From assembly GCF_964204645.1 (NCBI RefSeq), contig NC_134026.1, positions 14,852,150 to 14,916,149 of the forward strand: 64,000 bases of DNA, written 5' to 3'. The notes under the pieces were generated by a model that had not been told where the DNA came from, ran no database searches, and worked only from the letters and a program-made list of their open reading frames with translations. Both the position numbers and the translations under genes were made by a program. The stretch's first letter is position 1. Each line of letters starts with the position of its first letter. This document shows positions 1-12,792 of the stretch, piece after piece. The DNA is from Tubulanus polymorphus. Lineage: Eukaryota; Animalia; Nemertea.

Positions 1-616
1 AACTTTCTGTTAGTTTTTGGTGGCACAAATTGTAACCACCGGATATATACAGCTGACATTTTGTCATATGGAGGGAAATAGGTGGTGGAATTGAATATTG
101 CAAGTTTCGTCCTTCAGCTCTAAGCCATTTTATTTGGATGTACTGGGAGAAAATGTGCAAAATTTCAAAGAATTTTTCCCCCATGCAAGAGAAAAACAGT
201 AACTGATAATACTACGATGATCTGAGGCTGCAACCCAATCTGAACCGCAATAACCAATTAAACACAAGTTACCATCTACTGCTTTAAAGAGCATATGCGA
301 TCAAAATGGAATATTGTGCAAAATTCATTTTCAAATGTGATGTATTCACAAATATCAAGTATGGAGTTGGTTTGAATCTTAGTTCAGCCATTACTGAGAA
401 ATATGACTATTAAATCGGCAATTTCAGCGCGTGCTCACTGTTATTGTTTATCTTACTTAGCAGGTGCGTGTTTCTGACGTCATCTCTGACAAACGCTCGC
501 GGCTTCCTGTCATTTCACTAGACATTTCATGCGATAATCTATCGTTTTGGGAGTGATTTGTATTCATAAACTCTAACCATTGTATAGTGTTGCTGCCGTT
601 GTATATGACATGATAA

Positions 617-1543
617 TCTATACTATAAGCGGCTACGCGTCTTAACTTTGTAACGCGTAATCTCCGTTCGTGGGGCTTCGATTACCCGTTGAGTGGTATG
701 GATTGAAAGAGGATGGTCTGATCTGTGTTTTAGAATCGATTTCGATAGAGTTTAGGTAGACTTTTGGACCATTTAAGTTTGGACGCTCCGCGTGTCACTG
801 CGCGTGATGATCAAAACAAACATTTGAGCGTCAGCTGTTGCTCGGTTTTTGTATAGCGTGCATGACTACAGAGACGCCAATGACCTCAATTCATCTCTCT
901 GCCTACAGAGACGCGGGTGACCTCGCGGGGAATCTACTGTGAGCATCGGCTGTTGCTTGCTTTTCTACAGAGACGCAAGTGACCTCAATTCGCCCTGTCT
1001 GGGGAATCTAATAGTGGAGATTACTGTATGTATTCGAGCTCACCACAGCGCCACTTCCTTAACAAAGAAAAGCGTGCCAATCCATTCTTCTAAGAATCAC
1101 CGAGATTTAATAGCCTGATTTGTCATTGTGGTCGGATTGAAAGGTATGAAAGAGCGTCATTCATTGACAGTCACACCATTCCAGTTCCGTCCTCCAATTT
1201 CCCTTACGCCCTGTTTTGTCATGACAGTTAACAAAGCACAGCCAAACATTCAGATGCATTGCACTGGACTTCCGGAATTCACCATTCACACATGGCATGC
1301 TCTATGTTTCCCTTTCCAGAGTAGGTACCCATGATCGTGTTACAGTACTCACCCCTCAAAAACAAACCGAAAACATAGTTTACAGCGAAATATTGTAATA
1401 CTTTTTCTCTTCTTTGATATTTGTTTCTAATGCCTGACTTATAGTGTAGATTTCATATCGATAAATAAATGTTATATTATTTTTATCCGCACCTTAGTGA
1501 TTTATTATATTCTACCCGTCCTCCAGGACGGGTACTGTGCTAG
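617..1543 (+). mobile_element. Non-autonomous canonical Helitron
   Basis: 5' A|TCTATACTATA; 3' hairpin tacccgtcc-tcca-ggacgggta (1513-1534) then CTAG|T; no TSD; internal repeats ctacagagacgc...tgacctc at ~866-990. Confidence 0.75.
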
Positions 1544-1767
1544 TAGTATATAAGTGAGTAGCGCTGTAGGTCAGTGAATATGGTGAACAAATGGTGTTTA
1601 TTTTATCGATTATACATAGGCTTCGCGTACTGGCCCGCACACGTGCTTGTGTTGATTGTCTTAGTTAACATCATAAATAGCGCCACCTGTTGGATATGAA
1701 CAATAGGCACGGAGTGAAGGCTAAATAGTTGACTATTCCGCTAACTATTACGGCAAATTCATGCTCC

Positions 1768-3550
1768 TTTTTTAGCCCACTTGGGACTTTAGTCCCAGCG
1801 GGCTATTGCGTTCACTTGTCGTCCGTCCGTAGACGGAATCCAGTTATTTTGGGAAGTGTTGAAGACGCTTCAAGGTAATGTCTTGATATTTGAGTTACAC
1901 ATGTATCCACCCTAGACACATCTTCAGCCCAAAAACTGGCCCTGTCAGATTCAAGATGGCCGACTGGCAGCCATTGTTGTTCGCCAAAATCAGCACTTTT
2001 TACACATTTTTGAACTTTTTTAGGGAAATTTTGAAGACGCATTGATCAATTACCTTGATCTTTTGGATATATGTGAATCCCCCCAGGGCCCATCAGCATA
2101 ACAAAAATTGGGTCGATCAGACTCAAGATGGCCATCCTATGACCTTTTTAGTGCCCAAAAATGTTAATTTTGGCCCGAATTCTGAGTCCTGTAGCTTCCT
2201 ACTGGTTTACCATTTCTCAGTGCAATTTGTGATGGGTATTCTTTGGAAAGGGATGTTTTATACCTGAGACAGGTATTTTTCATCAGCCAATTATGACACA
2301 ATTGGTGGCCATCTTGGTGTCACCAGTACTCATTCGTAAGTGGGAAAAAGTTTTTCCACATTATATTGATACCTAAGCGTATTTTGTTACCACAATCATT
2401 TAGAAAGTTGTAGCTCACAACGTGTTCTATGATTGTGGTGAGTTTCAAGGTCATTGGATTTTGTATATGGCCACCAGGGGGCGTTAAATAGTAGAATAAC
2501 TTAAATAATAATAATGAAAATAATGCAATAATGCGTTGAATAATGCAATATCTTCTATATTTTTTTCTTTTGCATTTCTATATTATATTCGTACTAATGC
2601 ATATTTTGTAACCACAATCAATTGGCAAGTTGTAGCTCATGACATCATCTATGATTGTTGCCAGTTTTAAGGACATTAGTTATTCTATATGGTCACCAGG
2701 GGGCGTTGAATAGTAGAATAACTTAATATTTCCTTATTATATTGGTACCTAGGCATATTTTGTTACCATGATCAATTGCGAAGTTGTAGTTCATGACATG
2801 TTCTATGATTGTGGTAAGTTTCGAGGTCATTGGGTTTTGAATATGGTCACCAGGGGGCGTTGAATAATGCAATATCTTAGCATTTCTATATTATATTCGT
2901 AGCTATGCATATTTTGTAACCACAATCATTTAGAAAGTTGTAGTTCATAACGTGTTCTATGATTGTGGTGAGTTTCAAGGTCATTGGATTTTGTATATGG
3001 CCACCAGGGGGGCGTTGAATAATGCAATATCTTAGCATTTCTATATTACATTCGTACCTATGCATATTTTGTAACCACAATCAATTGAAAAGTTGTAGCT
3101 CATGACATCATCTATGATTGTTGCGAGTTTTAAGGACATTAGTTATTCTATATGGTCACCAGGGGGCGTTGAATAGTAGAATAACTTAATATTTTATTTA
3201 TTATATTGGTACCTAGGCATATTTTGTTATCATGATCAATTGCAAAGTTGTAGTTCATGACATGTTCTATGATAGCGGTAAGTTTCGAGGTCATTGGGTT
3301 TTGAATATGGTCACCAGGGGGCGTTAAATAGTAGAATAGTATTTCCATATTAAATTGGTAACGAGGCATATTTTGTTATCGCAATCAATTACAAAATCGT
3401 AGCTGCTGACATGTTCTATGATTGTGTTGAGTTTCAATGTCATTGGTCTTTGTATATGGTCACCAGGGGGCGTTGAATATTGAAATTGTTAGATTGTTGA
3501 GCATTTGGAACCACTTCCCAAGTGGGCATGGTGTCCCTGGACCCCTAGTT
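1768..3550 (+). mobile_element. Helentron-type non-autonomous element (HINE family 1), full length, seven ~154-bp internal repeats
   Basis: T-run start, subTIR gcccacttggga (1775) / tcccaagtgggc (3516), 5' hairpin, (GTCC)n, tandem array, 3' stem-loop then ctagtt. Confidence 0.85.
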
Positions 3551-4062
3551 CAGTAAGTCACATCTCAGGTCGTTATATGTATACTTAAGTTTCTTCTGAT
3601 TATGAAATCGCGGAAACTACCATTTTGATGGCATTTGCCCTTTAAGCTCTAAACGCTGATCTTTGTGGTACCTTTTGAGCATCTTAGTTCATGCTTAGTT
3701 GTTTCATGTCACTCTCAGTTCACTAGTTTCTAAACTTAGACGATAGATGACTTCATCTATTGAAATGGGGGCTGAACACACATAGATGGGCATATTTTCT
3801 ACAAAATACCCCCTCTGCACTGGTGATTGCTGCAGATTTTATCACTCTAAGAAGAAATGCTGCTTATTTTACATGAAAAAGCAAGAGCAGATGAACAAAA
3901 CATAACAAATTTGATGAAGATTTCTCTTTAAGTTTTGTTTCATGAATCTCTGAAAAACATGAAAATCCTGGCAAAGCGCAGCATTTCTTGAAAAATAGGC
4001 CTGGCAGGCAAAGAGTTGAAATGAAACTCTCAAAAGAATGACATTTCTATATACTTTTTCAG

Positions 4063-4197
4063 CAAATCCAACATCCAACTGCTTCTTTGATTGCTAGAGT
4101 GGCCACAGCTCAGGATGACATAACTGGTGATGGAACTACATCTAATGTTTTGATAATTGGAGAACTTTTAAAACAGGCTGATCTCTACATTTCAGAA
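4063..4197 (+). CDS. CCT6: CCT6 internal exon ([45 protein letters not shown])
   Basis: ttttcag acceptor, gtaagt donor, 135 nt; GDGTTS ATP-binding motif; near-identical to remembered CCT-zeta sequence. Confidence 0.98.
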
Positions 4198-4415
4198 GTA
4201 AGTACATGTCAATTTTCTGGTCAAGTTTAGATGAGGCCAATAAGAAATGATTCATCATTTCTCATGGCTTTCAAATCCCACATCAGAAAAACCAGCAGAA
4301 AAGCCATGAAAATATGATGTGCCGCCTGCATGGCTCTAAACTGTAAGTCTTTTTCAACGGGGTCAAAGACAAAGTCTTTGGAGTCATAATTCCGTGGTGT
4401 TAATTATTCGAGATA

Positions 4416-4528
4416 TCCTGAATCTAGAATCAGTGAATCGAAAGTAAATGATATGAGATGATGTCCGAACCCAGAATCTAGAATCAGTGAATCGAAAGTA
4501 AAAATGAATATGATATGATGTCCGAACC
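4416..4528. repeat. Two-copy ~55-bp tandem repeat
   Basis: gaatctagaatcagtgaatcgaaagtaaa...gatgtccgaacc occurs twice. Confidence 0.85.
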
Positions 4529-4877
4529 AGTTGTTTCTTCTACAGAAGGTAGACCAAAAGTGATAATTTTGGGTCCTTCTGAGAAGAGTATGACTATAAA
4601 ACTCCACCCTCTGGGTAAGAAAAATTAGAGGCAAACAATTGGCTGATTCTAGATTATCTGAAAAACCTATGAACAAACAGTGAGCAGGAACAGCAGGGAG
4701 TTAAGAAACAAATCAACTCTAATAGATAAGGCAGGAAATTAATCGGAAATTTTGACTGTGTCAGTAGGTGTTACGCAGGCAAAGAGTTAAAAACAAATTG
4801 ACCTATTGTCAGTGTTTTCATTAAAAGCTGGGTTTCAGGTCCCGGACCCTTCTGTCAGTCCTTTTAGACGCAGCTGA

Positions 4878-6017
4878 TTTTTTAGCCCACGGGCTATTGC
4901 GTTCACTTTTTGTCCGCCCGTTCGTCTGTCCGTGGACGGAATCCAGTTATTTTGGGAAGTTTTGAAGACGCTTCAAGGTGTCTTGATATTTGGTTTATAC
5001 ATGTATCTACCCTAAACACATCTTCAGCCCAAAAACTGCCCTGTCGGATTCAAGATGGCCGACTGGCAGCCATTGGTTTTTGCTAAAATCAGCACCTTTT
5101 ACAAATATTTCATATGGACGCTTTTATCAATTATCTTGATCTTTCGTATATATTTGTATCCCCCTTAAGGCCCATCAGCATAAGAAAAATTGGGTCGATC
5201 GACTCAAGATAGCCGTGCTGTGACCTTTTTTGTGCCCATATTCTCAGTCCTGGAGCTTAATAATGGTTTGGAATTTTTGATTGCCATTGTGGTGGCTATT
5301 CTATACAACGGGATCTTCAATAGCTGAGACAGGTTTTTTGATCAGCCATTTATCACGCAATTGGCGGCCATCTTGGTGTCATCAGTACGAAGCTGGGAAA
5401 AAGTTTTTCCACATTAAATTGATACCCAAGCATATTTTGTTACCACAATCAATTGCAAAGTTGTCACTCATGACTTGGTCTATGATTGTGGTGAGTTTCA
5501 AGGTCATTAGTGCTTCAATATGGTCACCAGGGGGCGTGGAATAGTAGAATAACTTAGTATTTCCTTAGTATTATTATATTGGTACCTAGGCATATTTTGT
5601 TACCATAATCAATTGTTAAATTGTAGCTCCTGATATGTTCACCAGGCCACCAGGGGGCGTTGAATAGTAAAATAACTTTGTATTTCCCTATAATATAGGT
5701 ACTTAGACATATTTTGTTACCATATCAATTGCAAAATTGTAGCTCATGACATGTTCCATGATTGTGGTGTGTTTCAAGGTCATTGAGTTTTACATGAACA
5801 TTTTTCAGGGGGCGTTGAATAGCAGAATAATTTAGTATTTCCATATCATAACCAAATGCAAAATTGTGGCTTCTGACATTTTCTTTGAATGTGGTGAATT
5901 TCAAGGTCATTGGTTTTTGTATATGGTCACCAGGGGGCGTTGAATATTGAAATTGTTAGATTATTGAGCATTTGAAACCACTTTCTAAGGAGGCATGGTG
6001 TGCCTGGACCCCTAGTT
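4878..6017 (+). mobile_element. HINE family 1, diverged copy
   Basis: tttttagcccac start, GTCC tract, ~154-bp units, cctggacccctagtt end. Confidence 0.8.
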
Positions 6018-7823
6018 CATCCCGACATCATTCCCGAATTTTTTTTTGTCGGCTATCAGCACGACGGTTTATTTTCTGGTCAGAAGTATTTGTGAATATA
6101 TGCTTCACACATACGTCACTCCTGCCACGTGGTTTGACTCGACTCACTCAGAGATGAGAATTCCCCGCGGATTTCAGTATTGAAAAATATCAATTTCCTA
6201 AATAGTCCAAAAGTAATGTAAACGTATGGGGGGGTGATGATCTCACTCAATTGATCCAGCGCGACCGGTTATCGGGTGAACCGTAAAAGCGTTCAGCGCC
6301 TGTTTTACTAATATCGTCGCGTATTGCATTCAATGCATATTCATTGCAACACTGATTTTGTATCTACTACTTCGATATGTAGGTATTTTATTGATCGGTT
6401 GCAGACAGACACGTGCCCGGCAACAGTAGTAATGTATTAAGGCCTACTTACTGTTGCCGTGCGCGTAGCGCGCGAACAGATATTATTCACTGTGATGATT
6501 TTTAATGAGCATTCATCGGTGCATTTTAACTGCAATCGTTCAGGGCTCGACCCGTAATGCATGAGATGCTGAATGTCGTCGATGGAGGATGTGCTACATT
6601 GGAAATAGCCATTACCTTCCAAAATATAATAGTCGTTCATGGGTTCAAGATCGCTCTAAGTGCTCGGAGAACGCTTTTAATTTCTGAAATTTTCTTGGGA
6701 GAGGACCCCCAAACCTCCTGAAATGGCTTTGCGTCTTCGGCGTTCGCGAGTACTCGCGGCTACGCCATCAGCTGTTTCGTGTGTGTAACTCAAGAAAAAA
6801 CAGCAGATTTTATAGGTCGGCGGTCTCATCTCGTCTCTCACCTCGACGCATGTGGCCTAGTTAATGCTTTCCAAGAAATTGGCAATGTTCCAATTAGCTG
6901 TAAGCGAAGCTGGAAGTGCCGCACATGTTGGCTGTTACTACAGGATTCCGTTCGCAATTGCTATCATTGAATTATTCAATGGGAAATTCAAGGCCTTGAA
7001 TTCGGCAATGGTCTTCAAAATCGATTTTGGCCCTTCAATTTGAAAAATGTTGCAAATCTATAGATTTATGATTGTTTTTGTAATAATGGAAATCTTGGCA
7101 ACAGTATGACTAGGTTTAATGCTAGATATATAAGTTATATTGATTTCTTTTCAATGTTATACGGAAGGTGTCTACTTTGAGTGAACTATCATCATGCAGT
7201 TTTGTAAGATTTACGGAGATCGTGTCCATTGACGGATTTTATGCTGGTAAATTCAGTAGGCCTACTCTGACCAATCTAATAAAGGGTGGCCTTAGTATGG
7301 GCATTTGGTCACTGGCTTGAAAAATTGTAAATTTCTTAAAAAGTTGCTGCAGTTGGCACTGAATTTTTCATATGGTAGGCAGTCAATGGCAGTTAAATTC
7401 ACTTTTCTAGCCTGATTTTCCTGTAAAAAGTGCTTACTTAGGTTTGAAAAAAGTGCGTTTAAGTGCTCATATTTTTCCTATAGCCTTACAACTATGAACC
7501 CTGTTTTGGCTTTCAGTCAAAGTTGGTCGAGACCCTGCTGTTTTACTAAATGACCTGATGGCTAAAATGATTAATGAAAACACTGATAGTGTGTGGTCCT
7601 GCCAACCAACGTCATGATTGTTAGGAAGATGTTAACATGGATCACTTGAATTACTTAATCACAGTATAATCTACCAATGCTTCAAGGCCCATTAGCTTCT
7701 TGTTTTGATATAAAATCTGTCACAGTGATAATTTGTTGTAGGTTGCAGTTGCAGAAAACAATTTATTCCTGTGCAGTTAATATTTTCATGTAGCAAGCAA
7801 AATAATTTCCATCTTTTTTGTAG

Positions 7824-7883
7824 GGACTTCACCCTCGTCTAGTAACGGAAGGATTTGAATTGGCAAAAAACAAAGCTATTGAG
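7824..7883 (+). CDS. CCT6: CCT6 exon (GLHPRLVTEGFELAKNKAIE)
   Basis: tttgtag acceptor, gtattt donor, 60 nt, phase 0/0, continues previous exon. Confidence 0.96.
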
Positions 7884-7901
7884 GTATTTGACGCATTCGC
7901 A

Positions 7902-8436
7902 TTTTTAGGATCAACTCTGTTGATCCTTATAGAATGGTTTTGAGAGTAACTTTCTGTTAGCTCTTGGTGGCACAAATTGTAACCAATGGATATACACAAC
8001 TGATATTTTGTCATTAGGAGGGAAACAGGTGTTGGAATTGATATGGGAAGTTTCATCCATCAGCTCTAAGCTGTTTGGAAGTGCTAAGAGAAAATGTGCA
8101 AAACTTCACTGAATTTTTCCCATTCTACTAATCGATGCTTGACTTTGTTTCCTGATGTTACAGGGAAAGCCCTTCAGAAGGGCATCACTTTGAAATCCCT
8201 CTCGTAGGGCTTTTCCAGTGACATCATTATCAAGAACTGTTCTACCATGTTGTGAATCATAGGGAAAACCCATTACCATGTATATCATCAAAGTTGAACA
8301 TGCTAACTACACGGTCTACAATGATTTTTTCTTTATCAGCTGTTTATACGTCATTGCAAATCCAAGAACAAATCGATTTTTGTGCTCAAACCTTAAATGT
8401 ACTCAGTTGATCATAATGGACCCATGGTCCTTTGTT
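7902..8436 (+). mobile_element. HINE-type element (family 4) filling most of the 636-nt intron; related pieces at 1-190 and ~27770-27890
   Basis: ttttt aggatcaac-tct-gttgatcct 5' hairpin; 3' agttgatc subTIR plus ggacccatggtcc hairpin and ttgtt. Confidence 0.7.
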
Positions 8437-8519
8437 GAAACACGACATGGCATACCAGACTTCCTTTTTCAATGTTTTTTTTTCTTTTTAGTTATATTAT
8501 ATTAATTTCTCATTCTTAG

Positions 8520-8633
8520 GTACTAGATAAGCTACGTGTCAATGTTAAGATGGAAAGAGACATTCTGATCAATGTTGCTCGTACTTCACTTCGAACAAAA
8601 GTACATTCAGACTTGGCTGATCTACTTACTGAG
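8520..8633 (+). CDS. CCT6: CCT6 exon (VLDKLRVNVKMERDILINVARTSLRTKVHSDLADLLTE)
   Basis: ttcttag acceptor, gttagt donor, 114 nt; VARTSLRTKVH is characteristic of CCT6. Confidence 0.97.
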
Positions 8634-8954
8634 GTTAGTAAAGATCTTATGTTATTGTACCTCACTTGAATATACACTGCTCAAAGCTGAAGAAAAATAT
8701 TATTGCATGGCTTGACTGAATGGCACTTATTCCTCTTATTCTTAGAAGGTATATGGTAGACTCAGGGATGTGAATATCCCGCCAAATGGTGGAAATCAGC
8801 CATTTTGTTGCCGAATTTTAAGGTCTTCTTGATTCACGCAAATCTTTAAAAAAATTAAGGGGGTTCGACCTCCACCCGCGGAGATGGTGGAGAGTCCGCC
8901 CCGGTAAGCGAGTGATCGCCGGCCGAAACCGGAAGTAGCTACGAAAGAGATTTT

Positions 8955-9310
8955 TTGGTTTACCTTTGTCAGCAGTATGAGGTTGGCATTGAGCCAATTC
9001 ATGTAAAATCGTGGTACGTTTTTTTATGTGAGCATTTTTTTCATTGGTTCTCGGGTTATACGACGTATAATCGATGCGATTGAAGACATGACGAACCTCC
9101 GTCGATGACATGGTCAACTTTGTTTAAATTCGACGAAAAACTGTTTTTGGCGGGAAAATTCTTAGCTCTTGCGTATAAAATTGCAATGACCTCGATTGGG
9201 GGGCGTCGTCTCTACGAGCGAATGTGATTGGCTGTTTTTGGGATATACCAGGAATTCTGGCTCTACTAAAATAATTATGGGGAAGCCATTTATGGCCAAC
9301 GTTTCATGTA
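8955..9310. repeat. Dispersed repeat, second copy at ~51527-51880 (DNA transposon fragment)
   Basis: near-identical sequence; ORFs 8818..9117 and 51355..51759 share TMSSTEVRHVFNRIDYTS. Confidence 0.8.
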
Positions 9311-10411
9311 CCCTACGAATTTTTGGAGGTAGACCATAAATAAATGTTTATCTTTGGTCTTATTTGACTACAAAATAATTCTTTAAGAAAGATGAAATAC
9401 AAAATAAACTTCCAGAACTTTGAAGTCATGAATCAAAAAGATTTTTCAAGCAATGCCCTTACTCCAAACAACCTCGAGCTTTCAAGGTAAACCACACTTT
9501 GCCCATGGGCAATTTATTTCTTTATATCGTGCGATTGTTCTAAGCTAATCAAGCTGAAGTGGGGGAGTTAGAACAATTGGCGAGTGATAGACAAGGGGAG
9601 AGTCGCGATGTACCAAGTACGGGACGCCTAGTCCACACGTCGATTGATTGATTAATTGTTTGTATCCATTTTTTGAATGTACTGTGTATTGGGTATACGT
9701 TGAATGCCACGTGCCTGTAGTATGTGTATCGACTTATGGCTCGCTGCTATAGCAGTGTGGCTTCAAATACTATACAATGAATTATACACACGGTTTTATT
9801 TCGCTTTTGATTTTTAACTTTAATTAATTTTGAAACATTCCCAAACTGTAAGAAACTATTTTATCACCATTCTACTAGTAATATTAGTGTCGCCTAACAT
9901 AAGTTAATATTCCATTTCATCATGGCGACCTTGAACTCTAATCTAAACATCGTCAGTTTATGTAAAACAATATCGAAAGTGTAGCAGGTGTATAAAATCT
10001 AATTTAAACAAAATTCAACCTCTAAATACTTGCTATTCCGAATTAGATTTTCTTAAGGACTGGAATAGCCTGTTTTTATGGTTTTTGTCTACATTTTTAA
10101 TAAATGTGTACCATGATAAGCTGTCCCAGTGTGCCTCAAATTGCATCTGAGAAGCACAAAAAAATAATCTTCCATACCCAAGGGAACACCCCTCGTACTC
10201 TCCTGTCCTTCGTTCCAATAACAAAAGGTTGTAATTTCACTAAAGAACGACGGCCTGCAGCCTCGTTACGTGCCCTATGGGCACATACAAATTCCTACCA
10301 GCCAAAAAGTTTTAACGTTATTCTCATCCCTGTAGACTATAGACGTGTTAGATATCAAAATTTTCCTCAATGACTTCGCTGCATCACTACCAGAATATCT
10401 AAATTAATTCC

Positions 10412-11166
10412 TTTTACAGTTCCGCTGTGACGGTAGCGCCCATCCATCCGTACATCTCTCAACTTACAAAATCAGTACGAATATTCTTTGGGGTAAGACC
10501 TACAATAATATGGAGCAAGGAGCCTTTTTTGGATTTGACTCGCAGGAAAAGCCCTACGGGTGAGGGGCCATATTTTTATTAATCGTGACAAGTTTTCAAG
10601 TTTTAGTTGGATCAAGATAAAACTTGGTGCCAATGATCTTTACTTAGGCCTTAAACAATATGTGTTTCAAATTTGATGCCCAGGTGGTGCCCTATGCCTG
10701 GGGACCATATTTCTATGAATTGCTACCGTCTGTCCTGAGTGGTTTCCTTGCCCTAGCACCTGAACCCTTTGACGGATTTTCTTCAAATTCAACAGTTGTG
10801 TTGTACTACTTTATGAGGTTAGTAACTGATTGGATTTTAGGTTCAAGGTCAAGGTCACAGGAAGCCATTTGTAAATTTCATTTCCAGGCCCTTACTCATA
10901 AACGGTATGAGATAACTTACTGAAATTCTATGGATAGGTTATCCTCGGGATCGTGAGCAACTGATTACATTTCAGGTCCTGAAGGTCATAACTCAAGGTT
11001 GCAGGGAGCAATTTTGTGAATTTGGGCTCTAACCCATAAACAGTTTAAATTCAGGCGATTGGTTTTTATATATGGCCACCAGGGGGTGTTGAATATGGAA
11101 AGTGTTAGATTGTTGAGCATTTGAAAGCACTTCCTAAGTGGGGATGGTGTCCCTGGACCCCTAGTT
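10412..11166 (+). mobile_element. HINE-type element with a family-1 3' end
   Basis: ends cacttcctaagtggggatggtgtccctggacccctagtt; internal caaggtcaaggtcac motifs; 5' boundary approximate. Confidence 0.55.
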
Positions 11167-11779
11167 ATTTTTTTTTTGTGCCAAAATATGGTCACTTCAC
11201 TGATACCAAAATTCTCGGATTTCGAACGCACATTCAATTTTTTAGTCAGATTCTTTTCAGCGTGCCATATTTTGAAACAAGGATAAGGACACAAGGGAAT
11301 ATACAAGGGAATGATTATAATCATGATCATCCAACTTATTTTCAGTGAGGCCATGGTTACTGTCAATACCATCACCCTCAAAATCCGAACTACTATCCTC
11401 AACACCAAACGATGAATTCTTATCTGACGCGTGTCACTCAAATGTCCAATTGTGTTATCATTCTGATAAAAATATCAACGAATTGGTCCAACCTTAGTCT
11501 CTTTGTTGTTCTAGCATTATCCATAAGACAATAGGCACACTTGTTATTACATATCAAGCCATTGTCTAAGCGTAAATTTTATTTAAAAACGTGCAATAAA
11601 AACTCTGCGACCTTGAAGTTAAGTTTGTGTTTGTACTACCGATTTAGTTCTATCAATATCCGCCAGGTGCAGACACTTCTTAGTGATATTTATTCAGCAC
11701 CCGACTATTTCAGGAGCGGCAGTTTGAGGTGAAATTACGCACCCGACTATCTCGGGAGCGGCAGTTATAGGGTTAATGG

Positions 11780-12540
11780 AGTCGATAAAAGAGTTAAGAT
11801 CAAAATCATCTGAAACTAAACACAAAATGTCATCAACATATCTGATCCAAAAGTTAGGTTTAGAGCCAGCGTAATTGGGAAGAATTTAGGATTCAAAATA
11901 TTGAAGAAAAAAAGTTAGCCAAAATGGGGCATAATGCTAAAACCAAAAATTTGTTTATAGAATTTCTCTTGGAAATGGAAATATAGATTGGATGTACAAA
12001 GTTCCAGAAGTTCAAGTAAGCAATCTACAGGAAGTTTTCTTCTTAAGAGATTGAGAGTAGGTTCCAAAGGGTATATAAGTGAACAAAGACACAGCGTCGA
12101 AAGGTATACATTTTTGACAGTTAGGTTTGAGATTTTGGAGTTTGTCTAAAAGATCCATATTGTGCTGAATGTGGGAGTCAGAAAAAGTACCCAAATCCGG
12201 GGAGAGTACTTCAGCCAGATATTTAGAAAGCCAATATGAAGGAGAATTGACATTAGAAATGATTGGTCTCAAAGGTGAATTGGGTTTATGAATTTTAGGA
12301 AGACCATAGGCCTGACGCCGAGATTTGAATTTGGAGATGAGATCCGAATGACCGGGAAATTTCTTAGAGATGTTTTTCAAACCTAAATTAAAAGCTGATT
12401 GCATCTTTTTAAAAGGGTTGTTTTGAAGGATCTATAGAATTGGAATCAACGAGAATAGCAGTTATTTTCAAATTGTAATTGATCAAATCATGAATAATAA
12501 CTATTTTACCACCTTTATCAGCCTTGGTGATGATTTTCAA
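11780..12540 (-). pseudogene. Penelope-like reverse transcriptase remnant
   Basis: YGLPKIHKPNSPLRPIIS and FDAVSLFTYIP (ORF 12012..12404); FWIRYVDDI at ~11830-11855; frame disruptions. Confidence 0.9.
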
Positions 12541-12688
12541 GATACAGAATTTTGGACAATTTCTATGAAATGTTGGTATAATGTTCATTCCTTCTTTTCT
12601 GTAGGTATGAAAAACTTAGGTTTTACATACCGGGTTGACATTCATCGCGTTGCACCACTTTCTAATTAACTGAATGACTTATTTTCAG

Positions 12689-12792
12689 CACGTTGTTGAT
12701 GCTGTTCTGGCGATTCAAGAGGAAGGAAAACCCATTGACCTTCATATGGTTGAAATCATGGAGATGCAACACAAAACTGATATGGACACTAA
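12689..12792 (+). CDS. CCT6: CCT6 exon ([34 protein letters not shown]-)
   Basis: ttttcag acceptor, gtgagt donor, 104 nt, ends phase 2. Confidence 0.97.

Noticed and set aside
2055-2267. Recurrent short ORFs ending FVMGILWKG (also 23464, 30637, 37111)
   Set aside because: Chance translations of the HINE family 1 body with inconsistent frames and starts
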